From positions 172,546,001-172,610,000 of the forward strand of contig OX597817.1 in the NCBI GenBank assembly GCA_951406725.2: a DNA stretch of 64,000 bases, in the 5' to 3' direction. How positions within the stretch are numbered: position 1 is the first letter of the stretch; every line of letters begins with the position of its first letter. Shown piece by piece: positions 52,541 through 64,000 of this stretch. Under the pieces are notes generated by a model. It was not told the DNA's origin, did no database searches, and worked only from the letters and a program-made list of their open reading frames with translations. The stretch comes from Octopus vulgaris (lineage: Eukaryota). A program made the position numbers and the translations under genes.

Positions 52541-52859
52541 TCATAAGTCGGAAGTATTTTTCAGTCTTAAATAATCACTGAATCATTCACTCAAGACAAT
52601 TCTAATAAACAATTGGTTAACTTCAACAAATTTTACCACTGTTGCAAGCATTCGAATAGAAATGCGCAGTGTTTATAAACATCATAATGTACCAGTATCA
52701 ACTCACAATATTTCATAGGTCATTCTCAATGTCTACAAGACCGTACTGATGTTGAATGGGTTTCAGTGATATGAATAACTAAAATTTACTTCTAATGAGA
52801 TTTCTACCTTCTTGGTGGTCAACAAGCCCGTAGTTTCTCTAGAGCCCCTAACAGAGAAA

Positions 52860-53195
52860 ATGTAAAGACCCCCTTAGGTTATGAATATCCATAGGATTGC
52901 ACCTAGAAAGTTACCCTCCGAAGCACAAGTCCGGTGAAGGTTACTTAAGGAAAACCAGCAGTCATCCATGCATACCAGCCTCCCCTCTCGATATCACCGA
53001 TATTATTCAATGGAAAGACAAAGGCCGATACAGTTTGGCATGATTGAAGTCGCAACTCAATTCTAAAATTGTGTGAACTGGTGCAACGTAAAATAAAATG
53101 TCATGCTCAAGAACACAACACCGCCTTGTCCGGGAATCGAACTCACTACCTCATGATTGTGAGCCCGATATTCTAACCAGAGCCGTACACCTCCT
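52860..53195 (-). mobile_element. SINE family D
   Basis: Homologous to 25610-25935. Confidence 0.8.
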
Positions 53196-54499
53196 AAACG
53201 AAGAGAATTAAGGTGAGCGTCAAGGAGGAGGTTGAATGGTAGCAAGGAGTTCTAATAGTAAATAGAAGAGGGTGAAAGTTTTTTTTTCCTTCAGTTTGAC
53301 CGTCCTCCCGGACGCTTCAATGATATTGCGCGAGCGCACAATCCATCAAGTCCCCCATACATGTTCTTGATTCGTGAACGTTTGCCATTCCACTGACTTG
53401 AAGCAACTTGCCCACATAGTTTAGACGTTTTCTTTCCGCTGTTGATTCTTCCTTCAACTAACTGCCATAAGAATGATAGCAAGGATGCAATGATGAAAAA
53501 CTAGTGACACTATCGTATGAAAATTGAATCAGTGTCCTCGGAATGTGATGGAACTATCCAGTGTCAACGACATCATTTTGGCACAACGTCGGTAACTTCG
53601 GGGAGGGGAGGTAACTCGATTACATCGATCCCGGTACTCAGCTAGTACTGAGATTACTTATTTTTATCTCTTTTACCTTGATGGGATGTAAAATAAAGTG
53701 GATTACGGCGGAATTTGAACTCAGAACGTAAAGACGGCCAATGCCGCTAAGCATTTTGCCCGGCTTGCTAACAATTCTACCATTATTATCAAAGTTATTC
53801 CCCCTGACATATCACTGATTATTAATAATTACCTCCCTTATATGAATTGTGAAAGAACGAAACAGCGGGTGGCTGATTTGTCTATCTTTTACTAGTTTTA
53901 GTCATTAAACTGCGACCATGCTGGGGCACCGCCTTCGCAATTTATCAGAGAAAGCTTAGCATCACGAGATCTATTTAGTAGGGTCTTGTCAAGGACTATA
54001 TCTCTACTGTTACCGGCATCCACTACACACAGTTATGTGGTTGGTGATAGGAAGGATATCAACACAGAGAAACCCAACTGAAAATAAAACATACCTGTTC
54101 TAAGAGTGTAGTGGATCACAGTAAGAATATAATGACCTATCCAACCCATTCATGTGAAAGTGGAATTTGAATGAATACTCTGTAAATTTCATGTGGTATT
54201 AGGGAAAATATATGCTTTGCATACAATCTAATGAGAACCTTTACATGGCTGCTAAGATCAGCAGCCAAATCTCTCTCAAACAACAACTTCCCATCCTCAA
54301 AGAAAAATGTAAAGGAATCACATATTGATTAATGCAATCCAAAAAGTCAAGGTGGTCATGGTCACAATGTATTTGGTTATAAGTTTGCTTGGTCAGGGTT
54401 AACCGAAGATTAAACAATGACAAAAGCCAAATAGCATACCATTTTATGTAAATGCAAATTCAGTTACCTGGGGGAGTTTCTGAAATTAATCAAATTAAA

Positions 54500-54644
54500 G
54501 TATGGCTGTATGGTGAAGGAGCTCACTTTGCAACCACAAGGTTTGGGGTTCAGTCCCACATAACAGCAACTTGGACAATTGTCTTCTACGACAGCCCTGG
54601 GACAACCAAAGCCTTGTGAGTGAATTCAGTAGAGAGAGAGAGAG

Positions 54645-54701
<57 letters not shown>

Positions 54702-54845
54702 ATGTGTTTGTATCGCACCATCACTTGACAGCCAGTGTTGGTTTATTTATAACCCCATAGCAGACTTCAAAAAAATCTTAATTACTGGAATCAATTGGTT
54801 CAATGAAACTTTTCAAGGCAGTCCATTGGCTGAAACAAATAAAAG
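54500..54845 (+). mobile_element. SINE family A, diverged
   Basis: tggctgtatggtgaagg...gggttcagtcccac...gccttgtgagtgaatt. Confidence 0.7.
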
Positions 54846-54994
54846 ATAAACGATGACATAAAGAAAAGAAGACAAATGAAGATTATTATAAAAAAACAAA
54901 ATTTAATTATGAAATGAGTTCATTTTTATCTACATTTTTTCCCTTTTAATTTTCTTATTTTATTTTCAAAATCCTGAATCTACTTCTATGTCCA

Positions 54995-55274
54995 TTATTT
55001 AAAATAAGCATACTGCATCATTTCAGAACTGGTGAATTTTGGTGCTGGATGAATTGAAGTGTCCATAACTGGAGATCTGACCTTGATGCGACGTATGTGA
55101 GTATCCCGGCCATTCTGATGATTGGAAAGAACTGCAAGTTGAATCATAAAAGTTCGTATATGTTTGTCATTTGAATCTTTGAGAGGAATCCTAACCCAAC
55201 CAACTGGTTCGATTAGTTCCACTTGCTCAAGTTCGACTAAATCGTGGAAATTATTTCCTGCACGAATTGAGATT
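54995..55274 (-). CDS. ANAPC10: Anaphase-promoting complex subunit 10 (APC10/Doc1), last coding exon
   Basis: PolyT-cag acceptor, then (R)ISIRAGNNFHDLVELEQVELIEPVGWVRIPL...RTFMIQLAVLSNHQNGRDTHIRRIKV...stop TAA. NHQNGRDTH is the APC10 signature. Phase 2 matches the upstream exon, and an AATAAA lies about 30 nt past the stop. Confidence 0.96.
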
Positions 55275-55647
55275 CTGAAAAAAAAAAAAATGAATACTTG
55301 AATTATTATGGAAGACTTTCAAGGAAAAATTAATTTATTTCCAATCATCAACCTACTAAGACCTGAGCCCCTGCGCTTAATTTTACCCTCCACCTGGGCT
55401 CCTGGGCAGAAAAATAAATAGCTCAAGAGAAATGATTGCAGGCAAACTAATCAACAGAATCACAAAAACCTTCAAGAGAATAACAATAATGGGCCTATCT
55501 CTCAACTACTATATTTGTTCACCCAAATCACTACTTTCCTCATCATGTCCACCAGTTTAATTGTCTAAATCACTCTCGTTGTCTGTGTAAGGATAAACCC
55601 TTCATCCAAAGAATAAATATCAATAATTTCTTCCTTAACCCTTTAGA

Positions 55648-55767
55648 AACTCTGCCAGATCAGATTGGAGTCTGGTGCAGCCATCTCGTTTGCCAGTCCT
55701 CAGTCAAATCGTCCAACCCATGACAGCATGGAAAGCGGACGTTAAACGATGATGATGATGATGATGA
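55648..55767 (+). mobile_element. RTE-type 3' tail fragment with (GAT)n
   Basis: gtccaacccatgacagcatggaaagcggacgttaaacgatgatgat, the same tail as the RTE ending at 59303. Confidence 0.75.
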
Positions 55768-56034
55768 GTGATATCCTGACAGCTTAACCTTTCATTACCT
55801 TCCTGCTTAAGACAGTCACAGATTCTATGATACAAAACCTCTTGATTTAAAATGTTCATGTTCGTATCAAACCCTTCATAATTTTAAGTAGAAGCCTGAA
55901 TCTTTTCATTATATTACGTACCAAATCAGATTAATAAACAAAAATGTTAATCATTATAATATATTTCCTGATTCTTGATTATTTTAAAAATTAATTAAAA
56001 CACACAACCAGTGTATTGAGTTAGAAACAGTGGT

Positions 56035-56412
56035 GTGTCCATAACTGAAGATCTGAACTTGATAGAAAGCCTTCGACAAGGTCCCCCGATAGAATGTGAT
56101 TAGTATCTCAGCCTTTATGGTGATTGGAAAGAACAAGTTCAATCATAAAAGTCTGTCTATGTTTGTCGTGGCACATAAAAAGCACCCACTACACTCGCGG
56201 AGTGGTTGGCGTTAGGAAGGGCATCCAGCCGTAGAAACACTGCCAGATCAGACTGGGCCTGATGAAGCCTTCCAGCTTCACAGACCCCAGTTGAACTGTC
56301 CAACCCATGCTAGCATGGAAAACGGACGCTAAATGATGATGATGATTTGAATCTTTGAGATGAATCCTGCATCATTTCAAAACCCATGAATTTTGGTGCT
56401 GAACAAATTGAT
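56035..56412 (-). pseudogene. Circularly permuted, degenerate copy of ANAPC10 last-exon sequence, interrupted by an RTE tail at 56168-56344
   Basis: 56035-56368 corresponds to 55059-55192 and is followed directly by 56367-56411, which corresponds to 55013-55057. Confidence 0.85.
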
Positions 56413-56732
56413 GTTCATTTTATAATTTTACCAATGGCAAAAAAAGAAAACAATTGTTCAAAGACATCAACGTATGAGTATATTACTGGTACTTAGTTTA
56501 TCAACTCTGGACAAACAGATGAAGAACAAAATCAACATCTCAAACAGATTTAAATTCTGAACTTTGAAACAAAATAATCCACCACAGCTTGATACTTATT
56601 TCATCTTCTCAGGAGGGAAGAAAATCTAAGTTCCAAAAGAATGATTTGAATTCCTCATAAAAAAAAACTCCACTGAATGAGATAAAATTTGCAGGCATTA
56701 TTACTGTTAATTTGACAAATTTATTAGAGTAA

Positions 56733-57315
56733 CTAGCAGCTAAGCCCGGTTTCACCGGGTCAGTTTGGATGATGTGGCTGTAAAACCTGCTCTGTGTAAG
56801 CATTCGACTTGTTTGGGCATGCTTACATTAAAAAAAAAAATTTTAGAATGACTTTTTTCTAACAAAACGCTAATAATAACTGACCAAAAAAAACCAACCA
56901 AGATTCAACCAAATCAAAAAATAAATCGAAATACTAAGCGAACAAAGATGAACCATCCCACTTCCAATGCATGCACACACAAACACCCCCACACACATTC
57001 ACATACCCCCCTTTACATACACATATATATTAACACAGAGTTGAAACGCTGTTTGATTTATTTTTTCAGCATACAAATTTCATCATCCCACTACCAAGTA
57101 TGACGTCACCCCTACCTTTCTTATTCATAAACACAAAAGTATTATTATAGTAGATTATTTTGGTAACCATGCGAGCTATGAAAAAATACAAAGCCCAGCA
57201 TCACCACCAGCTCATTCTACACATCTGTGTAATTGTTTGCACAATTCCACCCAGCCGTTGGACCGTGAATCCCAAGACAAGAAAGAATCGCCCATATCAA
57301 ATGTATATGTATAGA
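56733..57315 (-). mobile_element. Non-autonomous Helitron with two candidate 5' ends
   Basis: On the minus strand the 3' end is the hairpin cccggtgaaaccggg, an 8-nt spacer, then CTAG|T. Candidate 5' ends are A|TCTACTATAATA at 57154 and A|TCTATACATA at 57315. Confidence 0.8.
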
Positions 57316-57338
57316 TTTCACTAATTATTAATTACTTC

Positions 57339-57766
57339 TAACACTTTAGCATTTAAACCAACCATTTATTCTGTTTTATGTTCAAACTGGCCAGATCTTA
57401 CCTCGCACACCAACCCAACAATGCCATTCTAAAAACAAACAACCACATCATTTAACCCTTTCGAGACCAACCCAACTGAAACTGCCTCTGGCTCTGTAGT
57501 ACCAATATCTTGTTTTCATAAGTTCTGAAATAAAATTTTCCACCAAACCTTAGTCACAATTTATGCTCCTAACACAAGCTTAATGATAACTAAATAATTT
57601 CTTTGTTATATTTAAAATTAATGGAAAGAAACCCAGAGCATCTCAACAGAAATATGGTAACGAAAGGGTTAAATCTCAAAGCTACGAAATAATGAATGAT
57701 TACTTCAAAACAGTGTGAATGAATAATCATTACATTTGACAGAATAAGCTGAATGCTAAAGGGTTA
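57339..57766. mobile_element. Nested piggyBac-like MITEs (inner copy 57452-57672 with TTAA flanks)
   Basis: Outer taacactttagcatt / aatgctaaagggtta; inner ttaaccctttcg..acc / ggtaacgaaagggttaa. Confidence 0.8.
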
Positions 57767-57797
57767 GAACAAAATAAATCTTTTAGGTTTGTTGTAC

Positions 57798-57960
57798 CTG
57801 TTGGGTGTGTAGCTCTCATCTGCTTTGTAATTTGTATAAAGACATATATCTTGAATAATTGTTTTTCGTCGGAATTGTACATTCACCAAGTGAGGTTGTG
57901 GACCGTCTGATTGCCAATAGGTGTCAAAATCTTCATCTCGTAACTGTTCAACACCAAACC
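57798..57960 (-). CDS. ANAPC10: APC10/Doc1 internal coding exon (163 bp)
   Basis: cag|GG TTT... translates as GFGVEQLRDEDFDTYWQSDGPQPHLVNVQFRRKTIIQDICLYTNYKADESYTPN(R)|gtac. TYWQSDG.QPH and DESYTP are APC10 motifs. Confidence 0.96.
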
Positions 57961-58033
57961 CTGTTTTAAAAAAAGAAATGCAACATCATGTAAATCCAAC
58001 TAATACTATTTACAAAGAAAGACTTATGTATCT

Positions 58034-58075
<42 letters not shown>

Positions 58076-58111
58076 GGGTGTACAAGTGTATTTGAAGGTT
58101 TATTTAATGAA

Positions 58112-58530
58112 ATCATCATCATCGTTTAACGTCTGCTTTCCATGCTGGCATGGGTTGGACGGTTCAACCGGGGTCTGGGAAGCCAGGAGGTTGCACCAGG
58201 CACCAATCTGATCTGGCGGAGTTTCTACAGCTGGATGCCCTTCCTAATACTAACCACTCCGTGAGTGTAGTGGGTGCTTTTTACGTGCCACCGGCATAGG
58301 TGCCAGGGGAGGCTGGCAACAGCCACAATCGGTTGGTGCTTTTTACGTGCCACAGGCACGGAAGTCAGTCAAGGCGACACTGGCATCAGCCATGTTCAGA
58401 TGATGCTTTTTATGTGCCACCGACACAGATATCACAACTACAATTTCCATTTGATTTTTATTTGATGTTGATGTTGATGTACTTGACTCAAAAGGTCTCC
58501 TCAGGCACAGAAGGTTGCCCTACGATCCTA
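58112..58530 (-). mobile_element. 5'-truncated RTE 3'UTR copy
   Basis: Homologous to 59303-59810, with a (gat)n tail. Confidence 0.85.
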
Positions 58531-58839
58531 GTTAATTATATCTATAATACTAAATGCGAAATTCTGTCTGTTCCTCCATCCAGCCATCCAGGACCCCTGC
58601 ATCTTAGTCTACATTTGCTCTGCAAAGACGTATCATACCTTTTTGGAATCAGGATGATCCTGAGATTGAAAATCTGCCCTTCATTTGGTTCTTGAACATC
58701 CAGCATTGGGATCAGGTCTGGTCGAGGATTTGTTGGCGTATGTTAACAGTTGAACATTCAAATTTTAAAAGAACACCTTAAATTTGTGAATTTATAAGTT
58801 TTTCATTTAAACTGAATTTCAAGAAATACCATTTTGGTA

Positions 58840-59295
58840 GAGCAGCAAGCTGGCAGAATCGGTAGCACGCCGGGCGAAATACTCAGTGGTATTTCTTCTG
58901 CTGTGAAATTCTCAGTTCAAATTCCGTCAAGGTTGACTTTGCTTTTCATCCTTTCGGGGTCGATAAATTAAGTACCAGTTATGCACTGGGGTCCGATGTA
59001 ATCGACTTAATCCCTTTGTCTGTCCTTGTTTGTCCCTTCTATGTTTAGCCCCTGGTGGGCAATAAAGAAATAAGGATCATTAGCACACCAGGCAAAATGC
59101 TTAGTGGTATTTCTTCTGCTATTACGTTCTGAGTTCAAATTACACCAAGGTCGACTTTGCCTTTCATCCTCTCAGGGTTGATTAAATAAGTACCAGTTAC
59201 ACACGGGGTTTGATGTAATCAACTTAATCTCTTTGTCTGTCCTTGTTTGTCCCCCTCTATGTTTAGCCTCCTGTGGGCAATAAAGAAAGAAATAC
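58840..59295 (+). mobile_element. Two tandem family B SINEs
   Basis: Head-to-tail copies at ~58840-59072 and ~59075-59295. Confidence 0.88.
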
Positions 59296-59302
59296 CATAT
59301 TG

Positions 59303-62150
59303 GTATCATCATCGTTTAGGGTCCGCCCTCCATGCGAGCATGTGTTGGACGGTTCAACTGGGGTCTGGGAAGCCAGAGGGCTGCACCAGGCCCAGTCTGA
59401 TCTGGCAGAGTTTCTACAGCTGGATGCCCTTCCTAATGCCAACCACTCCATGAGTGTAGTGGGTGCTTTTTACGTGCCAGATGAGGGTGGCAAATGGCCA
59501 CGATCGGATGGTGCTTTTTACGTACCACCGGCACGGGAGCCAGGCGAGGCTGCAACGGCCACAAACGGATGGTGCTTTTTATGTGCCACCGGCACGGGGG
59601 CCAGACGGGGATGGCAACGGCCACAAACAGATGGTGCTTTTTACATGCCACTGGCACGAGGCCAGTCGGGGCGGCGCTGGCAACGGCCACGTTCAGATGG
59701 TTCTCTTACATGCCACTGGCACTGGTATCACAACTACAAATTCCATTGATGTTGATCGATTTTGATTCTCACTTGCCTCAACAGGTCTTCACAAGTAGAG
59801 TTTTGTGTCCCAAGAAGGGAAGGTATGCATACGTAGGCTGGCTCCATCCCATGTAGAAGGCCACAGGTTATGGACTCACTTGTCCTGCCGGGTCTTCTCG
59901 CGCACAGCATACTTCCAGAGGTTTCGGTCTCTAGTCATTTCCTCAGTGAGACCTAAAGTTCGAAACTCGTGCTTCACTACCTCGTCCCAGGTTTTCCTGA
60001 GTCTGCCTCTTCCACAGGTTCCCTCAACCACTAGGGTGGGGCACGTTTTCACACAACTATCTTCATCCATTCTTGCCACAAGACCATACCAGCGCAAACG
60101 TCTCTCTTGCACACCACATCTGATGCTTCTTCGGTCCAACTTCTCTCTCAAGGTACTTACACTCTGTCGAGTATGAACACTGACATTACACATCCATCGG
60201 AGCATACTGGCTTCATTTCTTGCGAGCTTACGCATGTCCTCAGCAGTCACGGCCCATGTTTCACTGCCATGTAGCATGGCTGTTCATACACACGCGTCAT
60301 ACAGTCTGCCTTTTACTCTGAGTGAGAGACCTTTTGTTACCAACAGAGGTAAGGGCTCTCTGAACTTTGCCCAGGCTATTCTTACTCTAGCGGTTACATT
60401 TTCAGCACACCCGCCACCGCTACTGACTTGGTCACCTAGGTAATGGAAGCTATCAACTATTTCTAGTTTTTCTCCCAGGAATGTGGCAGAAGTTGATCTC
60501 AGAGCATTTTCAGTGTTTATTGCTCCCAAGCATCTGCCACATACAAAAACTATCTTCCTAGTTAGCCTTCCTTTGACATTGCTGCACCTCTTATGTGTCC
60601 ATAGCTTACACTTGGTGCACCTTATAGAGTTTCTACCTACACCTTTTCTACAGATCAAGCAGGGCCATCTACCTGAAAGCGTTTGTGATTTGTCTACCTT
60701 CCTACTTATTAGGACTTTAGTTTTAGCTAGATTGACTCTAAGGTCCTTCGATTCTAATCCTTGCTTCCACACCTGAAACTTCTCCTCCAGTTCTGATAGT
60801 GACTCATCAATTAGAGCAAGGTCATCAGCATAGAGGAGCTCCCAGGGGCATCTTGTCTTGAATTCCTCCATTATTGCCTGGAGGAGTATGATAAATAGGA
60901 GGGGGCTGAGGTCTGAGGTCTGACCCCTACCTCTACCCGGAATTCTTCACTGTACTCGTTGCCAACCCTCACCTTACTAGCAGCGTTCCTGTACATGGCT
61001 CGCACAGCTCTTACTAACCATTCATCTATCCCTAGTTTCCTCATTGACCACCAGATAAGGGATCAGGGGACCCTGTCAAAGGCTTTCTCCATGTCAACAA
61101 AAGCTAGGTACAGGGGCTTATCTTTGGCTAGGTATTTCTCCTGCAGCTGCCTTACCAGGAATATAGCATCAGTAGTACTTTTCCCTGGCACGAACCCAAA
61201 CTGCATCTCATCTAAACTAACTCTCTCTCTAATTAGTTGGGCTATGACCCTCTCCGTAACCTTCATTACCTGATCCAACAGCTTGATACCTCTGTAATTA
61301 TTTGTATCTAGGGTGTCACCTTTAATTTGTAGCAGTTGACTATTATGCTGCTACACCAGTCATTGGGTATGACTCCTTCATGTATCACCTGATTAACTAT
61401 ACAGGTGACTAGGCTATAGCCGACACTACCAGATATTTTGAGCATCTCTGCAGTGATTCCTGATGGGCCTGGGGCTTTCCCTGTCTTCATGCTTCTAATT
61501 GCCTTAACTACCAAGGAACTGTCAACTCGGATAGCTGGTCCCTCTGTTGGGTCAACATTCGGCAGACTCTCTTTATCCCATTCATTTTCTTTATTCAGCA
61601 ACCTTTCATAGTGGCATCTCCAAACCTCTCTCTTTGCATCCTCATTTAGCGCAAGTGAACCATCATCCATGCGAACTCATTTCTCTCCTACCACGTCACG
61701 ATTCTCTCTCACACACTGTCTTGCAACACGAAACATCTCCAGACTTTGGTCCTCACGGCGCAGAACATTAGCAAATTTTTTCTTATCTACTTCCCCTCTG
61801 GCTAGATAGACCTGTCTCCTAGCTTCCCTTTTGGCAGTCTGATACAATTCCCTGCTACCACCATTCTTCCAGTCCTTCCAAGCCTGTCTCTTTTCTCTAA
61901 TAGCCCTGTCTAAAACATTGTTCCACCACCACGTTACCTGGGACGAGAGGGGACTTTGTGCCAGCCACAGATCTGGTCAGTGGCTCTCAGCAGGTTGTCC
62001 CTTAGAAACGTCCAGTTGCCTTCTACCCCATGTGCTATTCTATCCCCTTCTACTTCATCAAAGGCTTCAAGTAACATGTCCCTAAATCTCTGTCCATTCG
62101 CAGGATCTTTAAGCTTCCAGATCCTTCTTCTCCATGTTGGTCGTCTTCTT
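59303..62150 (-). mobile_element. 5'-truncated RTE LINE (RT region plus 3'UTR) in an ANAPC10 intron, sense orientation
   Basis: GKAPGPSGITAEML, QFGFVPGKSTTDAIF..QEK..AFVDMEKAFDRVP, LLYADDL, FHYLG, RRLRWYG, GRGRLRKTW. Several stops and frameshifts. Confidence 0.95.
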
Positions 62151-62909
62151 AGTCCTGATCCTAAAGGTATGGTACCAATAAATGCTTTATTATTATTGCT
62201 CCCTTTAGTTTTGGGGCACAGGCCCAATTAGTCCTCCGCAGGACCTAGCTTAAAAGTCTACACGAGAGTGTGGTTTTGAAGCTTGTACATAAAGTAGAAG
62301 AAAACTGTGAAAGAAACTAAAGCGTATCCCAAAAGGTGGAAAGAAAATAAAAGCAATAGAAAGTAAAAATAGAAAGTAACAGTAAATCGGTGACAAAGAA
62401 ACAAAAGTAACAAAAAAAAAAACTATAACACGGACAACAAAGATAGAGAAAAACACTGTGAATGAATGATGCCACATCTACAAACAGCTATGTTTATAGT
62501 ACCTTCAAATGAGATAGTAAACTTTTGCTGTATCTTAGGAGGGTCATTATGCCAATAATAAATACATGCACTGGTTCTATTCACTTCTTTTATTGTTATT
62601 AGTTAATTCAAGGTGGTAAGCTGGAAAAATTATTAGCAGACCAGACAAAATGCTTAGCAGCACTTCTTCTGGCTTCATGTTCTGAGATTTTACCCATTCA
62701 CTAATTGATTGATCAATCATTTGGTAAATCAATCAATCAGCCAAGTCCTTTCATCACCATTCATGATCTCATGAACGATATACCCTCTCTACCCCCAGTT
62801 TGGCTACTTAGCTGTTTGATTACCTAACCAAATGAATAATCAATTATTTAATTGGTTAAATGCTGACAAATTGAATAATAATAATAATAATAATAATAAT
62901 GATAATAAT

Positions 62910-63610
62910 AATTTTAAAAAATACAGAATAGACAACACATCAGAAAATGACAAGTGCAGAATCTGTGGACAAAACGGTGAAACCATATGGCATATTACTA
63001 ATCAATGTACGCCACTAGCCCAGAAGGAATATAAGAGACACCACAACAATATAGCCAGGCTTTTCCATTGGACACTTTGCAACAAGTATGGACTTGACAG
63101 CGAAAAAATTGGAACAACCACAAACCTGAAGACATTGTGGTAAATAGAGATGCAAAAATCCTATGAGATTATGATTCAGTGCGACCATGAGATAGAGAAT
63201 AGGAAGACGGACATAGTCTTAATTGAGAAAGAAAACAAACTATGCTGGATCATAGACATAGCCTGCCCAGCTGACAGCAAGGTATGTGATAAGGAAGAAA
63301 GAAAAGTCAAGAGATATGACAGGTTAGCTTGGGAAGTTAAGCAGTTGTGGTCGATGAAAAAGGTAGCAGTAGTACCAATAATTATCAGAGCCTTGGGAAC
63401 AGTGAGCAAAAATCTTGAGAAGTATGTGGAACAAATAGGAGCTGCAATAAGGGTGGAGCACTTGCAGAAAACAGCATTGCTTGGAACCGCTTGAATACTC
63501 CGGAAGGTGCTCGAAAATTAAGAGGTGTTACTTTAGTTTGGTACTGAACAGCTGACACTGTAGTACATCTCCAGCGTTAGAAGCTGTGCAAAGGCAACAA
63601 TAATAATAAT
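62910..63610 (+). mobile_element. Dong/R4-type non-LTR element 3' end (CCHC plus restriction-like endonuclease) in (TAA)n
   Basis: KCRICGQNGETIWHITNQC..EYKRHHNNIA and NRKTDIVLI..IIDIACP..K..RY..VPIII. (AAT)n flanks both sides, which is the known Dong target. Confidence 0.9.
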
Positions 63611-63612
63611 AA

Positions 63613-64000
63613 TCTTTTCTACTAAAGCACAAGGCCTGAAACTTTGTGGGAGGGGACTAGTCAATTGCATCGACCCCAGTGTTTCACTGGTACTTAATTT
63701 AATGCCCCTAAAAAGATGAAAGGCAAAGTCAACCTCAGCAGAATTCGAACCCAGAATGTGACGACAGACAAAACGATAATAATAACCCTTTCTACTATAG
63801 ACACAAGGCCTGAAATTTGGAAGAGGCTTATAGTAGATTACATCGACCCCAGTGTGTAACTGGTACTTAATTTATCGACCCTGAAAGGATGAAAGGCAAA
63901 GTCGACCTCAGAGGAATTTGAACTTAGAACATTGTGGTAAACAAAATACCTATTTCTATTTCTTTACTGCCCACAAGGGGCTACACACAGAGGGGACAAA
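63613..64000 (-). mobile_element. Cluster of three partial family B SINEs
   Basis: Repeated catcgaccccagtg..tggtacttaattt..gatgaaaggcaaagtc; the third copy is cut off by the window end. Confidence 0.85.

Noticed and set aside
53285-53570. Possible RTE 3' remnant (LVEGRINSGK), and a similar scrap at 46700-47030
   Set aside because: Too decayed to call without a search.
57961-64000. First coding exon of ANAPC10 (expected W.LSSCKP motif)
   Set aside because: Not found by eye; it probably lies beyond the window.

Overview
AT-rich eukaryotic DNA dominated by repeats. It is probably from a coleoid cephalopod such as an octopus, an inference from the very dense microsatellites and the SINE/LINE repertoire. 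The only host gene I can support is ANAPC10 (APC10/Doc1) on the minus strand. Two coding exons lie at 57960-57798 and 55274-54995, and the N-terminal exon appears to be beyond the right edge. The rest is a layered transposon record: at least four tRNA-type SINE families (often nested, with TSDs), RTE, CR1, Tx1-like and Dong/R4 LINE remnants, a Penelope-like element, mariners, many MITEs, a decayed Helitron Rep gene missing from the ORF track, and non-autonomous Helitrons. Nearly all ORF-track entries are microsatellite or minisatellite translations. Highlights: (1) a 3.8-kb 22/23-bp minisatellite with a TCF/LEF-type site and an adjacent RCCG motif in nearly every unit, which reverses orientation at a perfect hairpin; (2) a circularly permuted ~180-bp copy of ANAPC10 last-exon sequence inside the gene's own intron, suggesting re-integration of a DNA circle; (3) four type I hammerhead ribozymes from three families, all with a GUU cleavage triplet; (4) three fold-back elements carrying TTAGGG repeats. 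All calls come from reading and hand translation, with no database search, so repeat boundaries are approximate.
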